Origin: Candidatus Bathyarchaeota archaeon
GTDB lineage: Archaea; Thermoproteota; Bathyarchaeia; Hecatellales; Hecatellaceae
NCBI GenBank assembly: GCA_052246995.1
Contig: JBQPWD010000002.1
Location: forward strand, 32,001 to 96,000
Reading direction: 5' to 3'
Length of the DNA: 64,000 bases
Shown here: piece after piece, positions 28,693 through 38,896 of the stretch
How positions within the stretch are numbered: the stretch's first letter is position 1
Layout of the letters: each line of letters opens with the position of its first letter
The notes under the pieces: model-generated
The model's database searches: none
What the model saw: the letters and a program-made list of their open reading frames with translations, nothing else
Told to the model about the DNA's origin: nothing
Made by a program: the position numbers and the translations under genes

Positions 28693-29516
28693 CAAGGGTT
28701 TTAGAAGCCAAAAACATAGCAAAATACCATGAAACCATTAATGGTAGACATTTTCCAACTCTGGAAAAAATATCCTTTGATGTAAAGAAAAAAGAATTTT
28801 TATGTGTTGTTGGTCCAAGTGGTTGTGGAAAATCAACGTTGCTAAAAATACTAGCTGGACTTGAAAAACCATCTCATGGTGAGGTTAGACTTTATGGTGA
28901 ACCTATTAAATCTCCTCATCCCAAGATTAGCATGGTTTTCCAGAATTTTGCACTTTTTCCATGGAGAACTGTTATCCAAAACATTGAGTTTGGTTTAGAA
29001 ATGCAGGGTATGCCTAAACCTATGCGTAGAAAAATTGCTGAAGAATTTGTAAATCTTATGGGTTTGAAAGGTTATGAGAATGCTTACCCTAAGGATCTTT
29101 CAGGTGGGATGAAGCAGAGGGTTGCTATTGCTAGAGCTTTAGCGGTTGACCCTGATGTTGTTTTAATGGATGAGGCTTTTAGCGCTATAGACGAGTATAC
29201 TGCTCAAGTGCTGAGAAGTGAGGTTTTAGAATTATGGGAGGGTTGTGAAAAAAGTTTTATCCTTGTAACTCATAATCTTGCTGAAGCTTTAGAAATGGGT
29301 GACAGAATAATAGTTTTAACAAGAAAGCCCGCAAAGGTTAAACATGTTTACCCTGTAAACCTTAAAAGGCCTAGAACAAGGTCTCACTCTAAATTTTTAA
29401 AATGTCTTAAAGAACTTTTTACACTGCTTGAGGGTGAGCTTGAACATGTTGTTGTTAAACATAAGCTTAGAAGCATCTATGAGCATCATAAGATTGATGA
29501 CATGGAAAATTACTAA
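28689..29516 (+). CDS. ABC ATPase, nitrate/sulfonate/taurine family
   Basis: GPSGCGKST, LFPWRTV, LSGGMKQRVAIAR and VTHN motifs. Confidence 0.92.
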   Translation: MTRVLEAKNIAKYHETINGRHFPTLEKISFDVKKKEFLCVVGPSGCGKSTLLKILAGLEKPSHGEVRLYGEPIKSPHPKISMVFQNFALFPWRTVIQNIEFGLEMQGMPKPMRRKIAEEFVNLMGLKGYENAYPKDLSGGMKQRVAIARALAVDPDVVLMDEAFSAIDEYTAQVLRSEVLELWEGCEKSFILVTHNLAEALEMGDRIIVLTRKPAKVKHVYPVNLKRPRTRSHSKFLKCLKELFTLLEGELEHVVVKHKLRSIYEHHKIDDMENY

Positions 29517-29522
29517 ATGTTT

Positions 29523-29729
29523 TTAAGCCAATTTTTTTAATGCTTCAACATTTTCTTGATGTTTTGACTTTCTTCTTTCATCAACATAGATTCCAAGTTT
29601 TCTTGCTTTATCTATGGATAATCCAGCCTCCTTCAACTCTCCAATAGAAAATCCTCTTCCAATCCTAGTTTTGAAGGAAACTTTTAAACACCTAGTAACT
29701 ATAGGTTTAGGGGTTTCAACTTTACTCAA
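29523..29729 (-). CDS. rpl13e: 50S ribosomal protein eL13
   Basis: [16 protein letters not shown] and [11 protein letters not shown] motifs. Confidence 0.92.
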   Translation of the reverse strand: MSKVETPKPIVTRCLKVSFKTRIGRGFSIGELKEAGLSIDKARKLGIYVDERRKSKHQENVEALKKLA

Positions 29730-30376
29730 CTTTCATTCATCAAAATTTTATTTGCAAACTCGCTTAAATCTTTAACGACAAATTTTTTGTTTAAATTGTT
29801 AATTTTTCCAAATCTATCAAGAAGGTATGTTTTAATTCCAATTTTTCTGGGGGTTTCAAAATCATCTATTAATCTATCTCCAACATGGACGATTTCCCAA
29901 GGATTAACGTTTAAAATTTCACAAATCTTTTTGTAGAATTCAACATTCTTTTTTGTGGTTTTAAAGTCTGATGTTGCTGAAAAGGTATGTTTAAAGTATA
30001 CTTTAATTTCTCTGGTTAAAAATTCTATGAATTCCTTGGCAGAGTTTGAAGTTAAAATTAATGTAAACTTTTTATTTAGAAGGTTTAGGACACTTTTAAC
30101 TTCAGGATATACTTGTACTTTATCCTTATATGTGTTAAACAAGTTTTTTACGTCTGAAAGCCCAAACTTGTTAAACCAGTACATTACATCATACCATTCG
30201 ATACGTTCCTCTCCAACTTTCATATACTCGTTTAAAACAATTCTTTTTGCATCCTCAAATTTTAAACCAGTTTTTTGAGCATAAAGTAAAGGTATTCCTT
30301 CATTCCAGACTTTATCGCTAAAGTCTATGTTTACAAGTGTCCCCTCCAAGTCAAATGAGACTATTTTACTCATCAA
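29726..30376 (-). CDS. HAD-superfamily hydrolase
   Basis: FDLEGTL, LTSNS and HVGD..DD motifs. Confidence 0.88.
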   Translation of the reverse strand: MMSKIVSFDLEGTLVNIDFSDKVWNEGIPLLYAQKTGLKFEDAKRIVLNEYMKVGEERIEWYDVMYWFNKFGLSDVKNLFNTYKDKVQVYPEVKSVLNLLNKKFTLILTSNSAKEFIEFLTREIKVYFKHTFSATSDFKTTKKNVEFYKKICEILNVNPWEIVHVGDRLIDDFETPRKIGIKTYLLDRFGKINNLNKKFVVKDLSEFANKILMNES

Positions 30377-30500
30377 TATTAACTATGAAGCCTAAAAAGA
30401 TAAAAGTTAAATAGACTTCTACGTTTTAATTAGAACCTAACCTATGCTGGTGTAGTTTTTAGCCGTAGTAAAATATCTTCTCAGGTGTATTGTCCCAGCC

Positions 30501-32027
30501 TTGTTGGGAGGTTTAGTTATGGAGGGAAATATATACGAAGAGCTTAAACCACTCTTCTATCCTAACTCTGTTGCTGTTGTTGGTGCAACTGAAACTGTTG
30601 GCAAGTATGGTTTTAACACATTTTTCAACCTGATTTCTGGAGGATTTAAGGGAAAAATTTATCCCGTAAATAATAGGGTTGATAAAGTTTTAGGGTTTAA
30701 GGCTTATAAAAGTGTTAAGGATATTCCTGAAGATTTGGATTTGGTTGTGGTTGTTGTTCCAGCGTTGCAGGTTCCAGTAGTCATGGAGGATTGTGTTGAG
30801 AAAAACGTTAAAGCTTGTATTATTATTTCAGCAGGTTTCAGGGAAACTGGAAATGAGGGTAAGAAGCTGGAGGATGAGGTTGTTAACATTGCAAGGAGGG
30901 GTGGGATAAGGATTGTTGGACCTAATTGTATGGGAACGTTTAACACAACAATAAATCTTAACGTTTTAATGGCTTCCTTCCCCCTAGACTTTTCAAGCTT
31001 TAAAGGTAAAATATCCTTCGTTTCTCAAAGTGGAAATCTTGGTACAAACATGGTTATTTGGGGGCTTATGAGGGGGATAGGATTTAATAAGTTTGTTAGT
31101 AGTGGTAATGAGGCTGACCTTACATGTGAAGATTTTATAGAGTACTTTAGCTGTGACCCTGAAACTGAGGTTATTATGGCGTATATTGAAGGTTTTAAGC
31201 CTAATTCAAGATTTCCAAGGTTGGCTAAGGAGGTTACAAGAAAAAAGCCTTTAGTTGTACTTAAGACGGGAGCAACAGAAGCTGGGGCGAAAGCGGCAAG
31301 GTCTCATGTTGGAGCTATGGCTGCTAGAGATGAAATTGTTGATGCACTTTTTAGGCAAACAGGTGTTGTTAGAGTTTATGATATTGAAGAGTTTTTTGAT
31401 ACAGCTGTAGCTTTTGCAAACCAACCTTTACCTAAGGGTAAAAGGGTTGGAATAGTTACAGGTGGAGGTGGTTGGGGTGTTGTTTGTGCTGATATGTGTG
31501 GTAAACTTGGTTTAAGTGTTGCTTCTCTGAGTAGGGAAACTATAGAAAGAATGGATAGGTTTCTACCAAGCTACTGGAGTAGGTCCAACCCTGTTGATAC
31601 TGTTGCAATAACAGATCCTGCCATCCAGTTTAAATGTGTTGAAACGGTTATGAGTGATGAAAATGTTGATGGAGTAATTTATCTTGGTTTTGGTTGGGCT
31701 CAGAGTCTTCTTGAAAGATTCAAAAGATCCCCTTACATTAAAAACTTAGATCTATCAGTGTTCAACAAGTTTATCGAAGTTGAGTCTGACGTAGCTAGGA
31801 AGATTGTAAGTCTTGTAAAGGAGACTGGTAAACCTGTTTATGTTGCCACCTTAGCCGTAGGTACGAATGCCCCATCGTTAAGTATTTTAGAGTCTAATGG
31901 TGTTCCTGTTTATCCTACCCCTGATAGAGCTGCAAAGGTTTTTGCTAGAACATCAACCTACAAGCTTTATCTTGATAAGATTAAAAAAGTTGAAGGTAAG
32001 GGTAATATTGGAAGTGATGTTAGTTGA
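30501..32027 (+). CDS. acdA: ADP-forming acyl-CoA synthetase alpha subunit (start probably ATG 30519)
   Basis: PNSVAVVGA, GPNCMG, SQSG, GNEAD and SHVG motifs. Confidence 0.9.
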   Translation: MLGGLVMEGNIYEELKPLFYPNSVAVVGATETVGKYGFNTFFNLISGGFKGKIYPVNNRVDKVLGFKAYKSVKDIPEDLDLVVVVVPALQVPVVMEDCVEKNVKACIIISAGFRETGNEGKKLEDEVVNIARRGGIRIVGPNCMGTFNTTINLNVLMASFPLDFSSFKGKISFVSQSGNLGTNMVIWGLMRGIGFNKFVSSGNEADLTCEDFIEYFSCDPETEVIMAYIEGFKPNSRFPRLAKEVTRKKPLVVLKTGATEAGAKAARSHVGAMAARDEIVDALFRQTGVVRVYDIEEFFDTAVAFANQPLPKGKRVGIVTGGGGWGVVCADMCGKLGLSVASLSRETIERMDRFLPSYWSRSNPVDTVAITDPAIQFKCVETVMSDENVDGVIYLGFGWAQSLLERFKRSPYIKNLDLSVFNKFIEVESDVARKIVSLVKETGKPVYVATLAVGTNAPSLSILESNGVPVYPTPDRAAKVFARTSTYKLYLDKIKKVEGKGNIGSDVS

Positions 32028-33118
32028 AACGGTTAGCCTTGTTAAGTTTTTTCTATACTTTTCTTCTAGTTTCCTTCATTCTTCCTGGAACGTTATTTCA
32101 CACAGTTTATGCAGAATCTACGTATGTTACCTTGCTTGGAGGTTTAAATTATCCTGTCGGTGTTGCTGTTGATTCTGCTGGAAACGTATATTTTACTGAG
32201 TATGGAGGTGCTGGTGAGGGTAGGCTTAATGTTCTCTTTAATAACGGTACACTAGTAAGTATGTTTTCAAATCTTACAACACCTACAGGTGTTGCTGTTG
32301 ACTCTGACTGGCTGTATTTTGCTGAATCCAGTCTGGGTTTGATAAAAAAGGTTTCTTTAAAAAATTTTAAGGATGTTAAGGTTGTTGCTGAGGGGGTTGT
32401 AGGTGTTTGGGGTTTAGCTTTAGATAGGAGGGGCTTCCTGTATTTTACAGTTAAAAGTGTTAATGGCACGCTGGGAAGGGTTAATCTCCAAACTGGTGGA
32501 GTTGAAGTTGTTGCTGAAAACTTGAATGTACCTTACGGGGTTGCTGTTGACTCTACTGGAAACATATTTTTTGTGGAGTTTATGGGCGGCACATTAAAGA
32601 AGGTTTCCAGGTTAACTGGTGAGGTTGATGTTTTAGTTGAAAATCTTACATCTCCCTATGCTGTTGCTGTTGATTCTGCTGGAAACGTATACTTAACGGT
32701 GAAAGCTGGAAATCTTCTAAAGTTTTCAGAGGTTAATGTTTCTTTGGAGGTTTTACTTTCAGGTTTAGGTAGGGTTTACGGCTTAACAGTTGACCCTAAA
32801 GGCTTTAACATATATTTTACTGGTTTTGGAGATCCTATGCGTGAAAACACTGGTTATCTTGCAAAATTTCCAGTAAAGTTTGATCCGTTGATGGAGTTTT
32901 CTGAAAGAGTAAGCAAAATTGAATCTCAAATCTCCACCTTAAAGAGGGAATTATCTCTTATTGACGCTTCAATTGTAGGTTTAAGTTCTCAGCTTCTGTT
33001 TTTAACTTATTGGGTTATTGTTTTGACAGCAGTTCTTTTTGTATCTCTAATTTTTACCTTAACGATGTTTTTAAGGAGAAAAACTTTTAAAAGTGAAAAA
33101 TCTTCGGGTAAACGTTAA
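32024..33118 (+). CDS. Cell-surface NHL/beta-propeller repeat protein with C-terminal TM anchor
   Basis: Signal peptide; repeated PxGVAVDSxGNxYF units; coiled coil and TM at the C-terminus. Confidence 0.85.
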   Translation: MKRLALLSFFYTFLLVSFILPGTLFHTVYAESTYVTLLGGLNYPVGVAVDSAGNVYFTEYGGAGEGRLNVLFNNGTLVSMFSNLTTPTGVAVDSDWLYFAESSLGLIKKVSLKNFKDVKVVAEGVVGVWGLALDRRGFLYFTVKSVNGTLGRVNLQTGGVEVVAENLNVPYGVAVDSTGNIFFVEFMGGTLKKVSRLTGEVDVLVENLTSPYAVAVDSAGNVYLTVKAGNLLKFSEVNVSLEVLLSGLGRVYGLTVDPKGFNIYFTGFGDPMRENTGYLAKFPVKFDPLMEFSERVSKIESQISTLKRELSLIDASIVGLSSQLLFLTYWVIVLTAVLFVSLIFTLTMFLRRKTFKSEKSSGKR

Positions 33119-33352
33119 CATTAGATTTTGCTATTTTTTTGTGTTTAAACTTCTACTTAGTAGTATGGTATCATAAAGATACAAACTTAACCACCTCTTC
33201 CCTCTATCTTCACGTATAGTTATAGCTACTTTTTTATCATGTTGGATGATTCGTTTACAATCTCTCCAGCCTTCGTCTAAGCTTCTCCAGAATACGCTTT
33301 TTTACCTCTTCTTCAGGAACCATTCTTGTAAAATGTTCAAATTTTACTTGGT

Positions 33353-34105
33353 TTACTCGAAACCTGCTAGGAAGGATTTTACATTTTTGCCTAACACATT
33401 TAGGTTATATCCCCCCTCAAGGACAGCAAATCTTTTGCCTTGGCAGTTTTTTTGGCTAGCCTTTTTTATCAATTGGCCAATTGTTTTGTAGTCTTCAATT
33501 TCAAAAACTCCACCCCAATCTTCTTTTCCTCGGTCAAAGCCGGCTGAAACTGCTATAATCTCATAGTTTTTTTCTTCTTCTAAGAAGTCTTCCAAACTTT
33601 TTAGTTGTTGAATTCTGTTTCCGGTTGGTAGGTGGAAGTAGGTGGCTTCACTTGTATCTTTGAATATGTTGAAGGTTCCATCTCCAAAGTGTAAATCAAA
33701 ATCGATGATTAAGGCTTTTTTTATTCTTTTCTCGGTAACAAGTTTTTTGATTGCAATGGCAATGTTGTTGAAAAAACAAAATCCCCAGCAATGGTCAGGG
33801 TTTGCATGATGACCTGGCGGTCGGATTAGGCCGAAGCTAGGTTCTCCTTTTATTGTCAGTTCGGCGGCTAAGATTGCTCCTCCAGCTGAAAGGCAGGCAA
33901 CATCATACAGTAATGGATCTTTTTTAATTGAGTCAATATGTCTCTGGGTGTGGACTCTTCTTAAATCTTCCTCTTTAGCTGGTTCTGGCTTGATGAATTC
34001 GTAAAGGTTTTCAATTTCTTTTAAAATTGTCTCCATTCTTCCAGCTTTGGCTGCTGGGTCTGAGGTGTAAACCTCTTTATATCTTGGATGAAAGATAACC
34101 TTCAT
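33353..34105 (-). CDS. Histone deacetylase family protein
   Basis: RPPGHHA, GFCFFNN, DFDLHFGDGT, SAGFD and LEGGY motifs. Confidence 0.93.
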   Translation of the reverse strand: MKVIFHPRYKEVYTSDPAAKAGRMETILKEIENLYEFIKPEPAKEEDLRRVHTQRHIDSIKKDPLLYDVACLSAGGAILAAELTIKGEPSFGLIRPPGHHANPDHCWGFCFFNNIAIAIKKLVTEKRIKKALIIDFDLHFGDGTFNIFKDTSEATYFHLPTGNRIQQLKSLEDFLEEEKNYEIIAVSAGFDRGKEDWGGVFEIEDYKTIGQLIKKASQKNCQGKRFAVLEGGYNLNVLGKNVKSFLAGFE

Positions 34106-34328
34106 TTTTCTCTAACCTTTTATCCTAATTTTACTTTCAAGTGTTAAGATAAAAATTTTCCAAAGTTAAACTAATTTTCTAACTTCTACCTACTTAGAAG
34201 CTGATGTAAAACTTTGGTATTTTTGCTTTTTTCGTTTTGGAGGTTTAGTGTTGAGAAAATCGATTCTGGCTTTTTGGTGGCTTTACCATTGTAGTTTACA
34301 TGTGGAAGAATGTTTGTTCATAGGTTGC

Positions 34329-34745
34329 TTATTCTGGTGGGATTATTATTGTTAAGCTGGTTTTTCTTAACCCTTTTTTAAGGAGTTCTTGGTAGATGTT
34401 TTCTATTTCTAGAAAGTTTTGTTCTTTATGTAGTGTTATGCCTTCGCTGAGTGCGTTGACAATTAACGGATTTCCTTTTTTTAACATTTCTTTTGCCTCT
34501 TCTAAAGTGTATGGATGGGTTTCAATTGTTATTTTAATGTTGTTTAGCAACTCGATTATTTCACCTATTCTTTCCATGTATTTTTTCTTAAATTCGGCTA
34601 TTATTAGGAGGTCGTAGTCACTCCAAGGTTTGTAGTCTCCTCTGGCTCTTGACCCAAAAAGGATGATTGCAGACGGTTTATAGTGTTTTTTAAGCTTGTT
34701 AACAGCTTTTTCAAGCTCTTTATTGGCTGATAATTTTTCTAGCAT
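34329..34745 (-). CDS. Minimal nucleotidyltransferase (MNT), pair 1
   Basis: LFGSRARGD...SDYDL motif. Confidence 0.9.
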   Translation of the reverse strand: MLEKLSANKELEKAVNKLKKHYKPSAIILFGSRARGDYKPWSDYDLLIIAEFKKKYMERIGEIIELLNNIKITIETHPYTLEEAKEMLKKGNPLIVNALSEGITLHKEQNFLEIENIYQELLKKGLRKTSLTIIIPPE

Positions 34746-35118
34746 ATTCCACCACTATCTCAGCACATTTAATGGCTCTTAAGGATGTTTCATCATCGTA
34801 GGCTTCATGTGGTGTGCCAGAGGGATGTGCATTGGGGTATCTTGACGGTATGTAGTGTCTGTCAAGCTCCCTAGCACATTGCATGATTTCTTCTGCGGGG
34901 TTTAGGGCATTTTTTTCAAAGTATCTAAGCAGAAGCTCCCTAACACTATGTCCCCAAGGAGCTTCGTTAACATGGTAAAGCATGGCTTTAGAGGCTTTTT
35001 CAGCAGCTTGATGGGAGTAGAATGTTGCTGCATTAAATCTTCCAGCTTTATGTAGTATTCTGGCGGTATCCAAGTCCCATAGGGCCTCATTAAGCCATCT
35101 TAAGGCTTCATGTTTCAA
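34720..35118 (-). CDS. HEPN protein, pair 1
   Basis: HQAAEKA, WGHS and LDRHYIPSRYPNAH motifs. Confidence 0.9.
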   Translation of the reverse strand: MKHEALRWLNEALWDLDTARILHKAGRFNAATFYSHQAAEKASKAMLYHVNEAPWGHSVRELLLRYFEKNALNPAEEIMQCARELDRHYIPSRYPNAHPSGTPHEAYDDETSLRAIKCAEIVVEYARKIISQ

Positions 35119-35287
35119 ATTTAAAACCCCTTGAAAAAATAATGTTGTAGTGATGATATATAAGGAAAGCTTAGCATACGTATTCTATCAAAAGGGTAAA
35201 GTTGGCGGTGGCGTAATTGTTGAATAGAAGCTGTTTTAAGTTTTGAAATATGGAAAGGTTAATAAATAGTTAAGGTTATCAAATAGG

Positions 35288-36040
35288 TTGGTTTGGATGT
35301 GGCTTTCTAGATGGATTGGTGAGGTTTACTCTAAGCTTTTTGTAAAGTTTGGTGGCGAACTTTTCACGTTTAGTAGTGCTAAAGAGGTTTTATCACTTGA
35401 TGAAAACAAGCTTTCAGTGTGTTTTAGTAAGCTTCATTCGATGAGGGCTCTTCTAGTTTTTAGTCGTGAAAAGCCTAGGCTTTACAGGCTTTTAGACCCT
35501 GAAAACCTTGTTTTTTTAGCGTCTGGGTTGGTTAAGAACTTTGACAGGGTTGCTCAGGAAAGATATCTTAAGCTTATACTGGATTGTCTTAGAAGGGTTA
35601 TGAAATACTTAGATTTATGGTCTATTGCTGTTTACGGGTCAGTTGCACGTGGTTCAGCGGTAAATAACAGCGATGTTGACATACTTTTAATTTCTGACTC
35701 TTTTCATGGAAGCCTTGGTTCTAGGATGGAAAAGCTTGTTTACGTGGAGAAAGAATTGGAGGAGGAGCTTAGATGGCTTAGAAAGCATGGTATCTACACT
35801 ACTTTAAGTTTTTATCCGTTGAGAAGGGAGGAGGTAAAGAGGATTCCGTTGCTGTTTCTAGACTTAACTGAGGAGGCCATTATTCTCTACGATAAGGAAC
35901 GTTTTCTTGAAGCTACGTTGTTGGAGCTTAAGACATGGTTGCTTAAGCATGGTGTTAAAAAGGTTACGGTGGATGGAAAGTACTGGTATTGGGATTTAAA
36001 GCCAAGTTACAAGTTTGGTGAAAAGATTGAAGCTTTTTAA
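35288..36040 (+). CDS. MNT with N-terminal winged helix, pair 2
   Basis: YGSVARG...SDVDIL motif; wH-like N-terminus; C-terminal WYWDLKP. Confidence 0.85.
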   Translation: MVWMWLSRWIGEVYSKLFVKFGGELFTFSSAKEVLSLDENKLSVCFSKLHSMRALLVFSREKPRLYRLLDPENLVFLASGLVKNFDRVAQERYLKLILDCLRRVMKYLDLWSIAVYGSVARGSAVNNSDVDILLISDSFHGSLGSRMEKLVYVEKELEEELRWLRKHGIYTTLSFYPLRREEVKRIPLLFLDLTEEAIILYDKERFLEATLLELKTWLLKHGVKKVTVDGKYWYWDLKPSYKFGEKIEAF

Positions 36041-36458
36041 AGTTGCAAGGGCTTATCTTCGTCAAGCTGTGGCTAGGTTGAAAGATGCTAAAGAAGCGTT
36101 TCTGGAGAGTAATTATCCATATGCTGTGAGACTAAGCCAAGAATGTGTTGAACTTTCGTTAAAGGCGGTTTTAAAGGTTGTTGGAATTGAATATCCTAAA
36201 GTGCATGATGTTTCTGATGTGCTGCTAGAGGTTAAAGATAGGTTTCCAGCTTGGTTTAGTGGGGAAACAGGTTTTCTATGTGAATCTAGCAAGATACTGG
36301 TTAAGAAGAGAGAAATAAGTCTTTATGGAGGGGAGGAGGCTTTTCTCACTCCAGATGAAGTTGTTGATGAGAAGGATGCGGAAGATGCTGTCAAAAGGGC
36401 TGAAAAAGCATATTGTTTATGTGAAAGACTTGTAAACGAAGCTGGAGTTCAGGGTTAG
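36015..36458 (+). CDS. HEPN protein, pair 2
   Basis: SQECVELSLKA, YPKVHDV and REISLYG motifs. Confidence 0.88.
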   Translation: MVKRLKLFKVARAYLRQAVARLKDAKEAFLESNYPYAVRLSQECVELSLKAVLKVVGIEYPKVHDVSDVLLEVKDRFPAWFSGETGFLCESSKILVKKREISLYGGEEAFLTPDEVVDEKDAEDAVKRAEKAYCLCERLVNEAGVQG

Positions 36459-36624
36459 CTGAAGAATGTGGGAAGATTATTTTGTTAAGTTAAAAAAGTT
36501 AAAGCAGTGGTAAAGGCTGAACCTTAGAAAATAGTTACTACATGGTTTGTCAGAATATAGAAAGCTTTCAACAAGAAATTTTTAAATTTTTTAAAGTAAT
36601 TTAAGCTTAATCGTTAAATGTACG

Positions 36625-37572
36625 GTGGGTTTGATGAGGGCTGGCTACGTCTTACTACTTGTTTTACTGTTGGCTTCTTTATCAACCATTACGGTGCTTA
36701 ATGCAAATGCTGAAAGCCTTTCATCTGACCCCGCAAATGTTGAGGTTGGAGTTTGGCTTGTAAACGTGGAAAGGGTAGATTTATCTGCGAGTAGTTACCG
36801 TTTAGATTTTTACTTATGGTTTAGGTTTGACCCATCCAAAATAAGCTTGGAAGAAGTAAAGGAGTTTGAGTTTGTTAACGGTTTTCCAACAAAGTACGAG
36901 GTTAAAGTGGATGCAGAACATGGATACGTGGAATATCGTGTTAGAGGAGAGTTTATAAAAACTTTTGATTTTTCACAATATCCTTTTGAAACACATACCC
37001 TTGCCATAGAGCTTGAACATAAAAACTTGGATGTTTCTAGGCTGATCTTTACAGTAGATCCAACATCAAATGTTGATAGGGAGGCTAATGTTGCTGGCTG
37101 GGAAATAGAGGGATTTAAAGCCATGGTAACTGAACACCAGTATGGAGAGGACGTTTATTCTAGGCTTGTTTTCAATGTTTTACTGAAAAGACCCGTGTTA
37201 TCTTCCTTTGTTAAAAATGTTTTAACAGTGTTTGTTATAACAACAATATCGCTTTTAACCTTCTTTATCTCACCTCAAAACTTTAGTCAGAGGATAGGTT
37301 TGGGTGTAACAACCCTTATGTCTGCAACGGCTTTTCATTTAGCGTTGCTTAGCGGTATTCCCCCTGTTGGATACTTGACTTTGGCTGATAGAATGATGCT
37401 TTCGATCTACGTGATTTTTCTATACAACCTTTCAGTTTCCGTTTACATCATGAAGCTTGTAGATGCAAAAAAGACTGAAGAGGCTCAAAAGTTTAATACA
37501 AGAGCATTAAAAATGTTGGTGTTTCTTGTAGTAGCTATGGTGGTAATTCAGTTCTTTATCTTTTTAAGATAA
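36625..37572 (+). CDS. Pentameric ligand-gated ion channel (GLIC/ELIC-like Pro-loop receptor)
   Basis: Signal peptide; DFYLW; FSQYPFETH Pro-loop; GWEI; pre-M1 LKR; four TMs with M2 QRIGLGVTTLMS and PPVGYLTLAD. Confidence 0.85.
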   Translation: MGLMRAGYVLLLVLLLASLSTITVLNANAESLSSDPANVEVGVWLVNVERVDLSASSYRLDFYLWFRFDPSKISLEEVKEFEFVNGFPTKYEVKVDAEHGYVEYRVRGEFIKTFDFSQYPFETHTLAIELEHKNLDVSRLIFTVDPTSNVDREANVAGWEIEGFKAMVTEHQYGEDVYSRLVFNVLLKRPVLSSFVKNVLTVFVITTISLLTFFISPQNFSQRIGLGVTTLMSATAFHLALLSGIPPVGYLTLADRMMLSIYVIFLYNLSVSVYIMKLVDAKKTEEAQKFNTRALKMLVFLVVAMVVIQFFIFLR

Positions 37573-37649
37573 ACCACTCACCACACGTAATTAATTCTGG
37601 AATGGTATTTAAAGCGATATTTCCTTTCTTGTTGTGTTAGGATTGAAGT

Positions 37650-37884
37650 TTGGGGTCGTTCTGTTAGTAGAATGCTTGAAAGTCTTCCAGAGGGTTTTAA
37701 GCCTCATAAGAACCTTGTTGAGGAGGTTAAGGAACTGGATAAACATTACATACCTTCAAGGTATCTAAATTTTCACCCTGAAGGTGCACCTCTAGACTAC
37801 TATACTAGGGCTGATGCTGAGAGAGCAGTAAGATATGCTGGTAAGGTGGTTGAGTTTGCCAGAAGTAAGGTTGTTCAAGCTTGA
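37650..37884 (+). pseudogene. 5'-truncated HEPN gene, pair 3
   Basis: Only the C-terminal half (WGRSV..LDKHYIPSRYLNFH) is present; the N-terminal QAAEK region is missing. Confidence 0.75.
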
Positions 37885-38242
37885 TTATGATGTTGTAATC
37901 AAGGAGCTTAAAGACTATGCTAAAAAGAGTGTTAAAAAGGGAGCTTTAGCTGTAATATTGATAGGGTCTCTTGCTAGGGACGACTATACGGCGTTTTCAG
38001 ATGCTGATGTGGTAATAATTGTGAGGAAGTCAAAGGAAAGGCCCTTAGATAGAATTGCTAAGTACATTGAGCCTAAAGCTACAATAACCATTGAGCCGAG
38101 GGTTTATACTGTTGATGAAATGCGAAAAATGGTTAAAGAGAAGTCTGGGGTAATTAGGGAAATAGCGGAGTACGGTGTACTTCTGGGTGGTGATGAAAAA
38201 ATTTATGAGAAAATAAGGCAGTTTGACGTTTTCCTTGATTAA
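37835..38242 (+). CDS. MNT, pair 3
   Basis: LIGSLARDD...SDADV motif. Confidence 0.85.
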   Translation: MLVRWLSLPEVRLFKLDYDVVIKELKDYAKKSVKKGALAVILIGSLARDDYTAFSDADVVIIVRKSKERPLDRIAKYIEPKATITIEPRVYTVDEMRKMVKEKSGVIREIAEYGVLLGGDEKIYEKIRQFDVFLD

Positions 38243-38437
38243 CTTTTTGCTGGTTGGTAAAACCTGGTAAATCCACCAGTAAAATCGTGTTGTAGCCTAC
38301 ATAAATGATGTAGGTTAAACTGGGCCTCCTATGGATAGAGTCAATTTTTGCTCATTACTTCTTACTCTTCTTTAATTCTTTAAAATTGTGGAAATCCTGC
38401 TTGATGTGTTAGGAACTTATTTTTATATCCAAAGAAA

Positions 38438-38896
38438 CTATGCCTGTTTTATACGAAAGCTCCAGCCCTTTTCATCTCTTTTTAAATTGTACTTTTTCTT
38501 TACTTCTTCAAATAAAGTTTTAACCTTACCTAGATATTCATCATCGGCATGAATAACTTTACCATGTTCTAAAGCATCAAAAACAACAAAGCTTTTAAGG
38601 TTTTTAACAACCTCAAGAAAAGATTCTGGATTGTAGCCTAAAGGTTCAATTATCCCCGTAAGCTTGAGAATTTCGTAGTTTTCGCTTGGAGTAGGTTTTA
38701 AACCTTCAGCAACAATCAACAAGTCAACATCGCTTTTTTCAGCAATCCAAGAATTTTTAGGTATTGAGCCAAAAAGGATAACCAGTTTTACGTTAAACTT
38801 CTTTTTTAAACAACTAACATACTCATCAACTTCTCGATATACTTTTTCTACAAAACTGGACAACTTTTTCACCATGTTGAACAGCCTCCTCAGCAT
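38438..38896 (-). CDS. MNT, pair 4 (true start may lie slightly downstream)
   Basis: LFGS....SDVDLL motif. Confidence 0.85.
   Translation of the reverse strand: MLRRLFNMVKKLSSFVEKVYREVDEYVSCLKKKFNVKLVILFGSIPKNSWIAEKSDVDLLIVAEGLKPTPSENYEILKLTGIIEPLGYNPESFLEVVKNLKSFVVFDALEHGKVIHADDEYLGKVKTLFEEVKKKYNLKRDEKGWSFRIKQA

Noticed and set aside
32160-32690. Repeated GTTGCTGTTGATTCTGCTGGAAACGTATA
   Set aside because: Explained by NHL repeats inside the coding sequence.
33120-33350. Short coding-like fragments (for example MVPEEEVKKRILEKLRRRLERL on the minus strand; also 41830-42010)
   Set aside because: Too short and broken to assign to a family.
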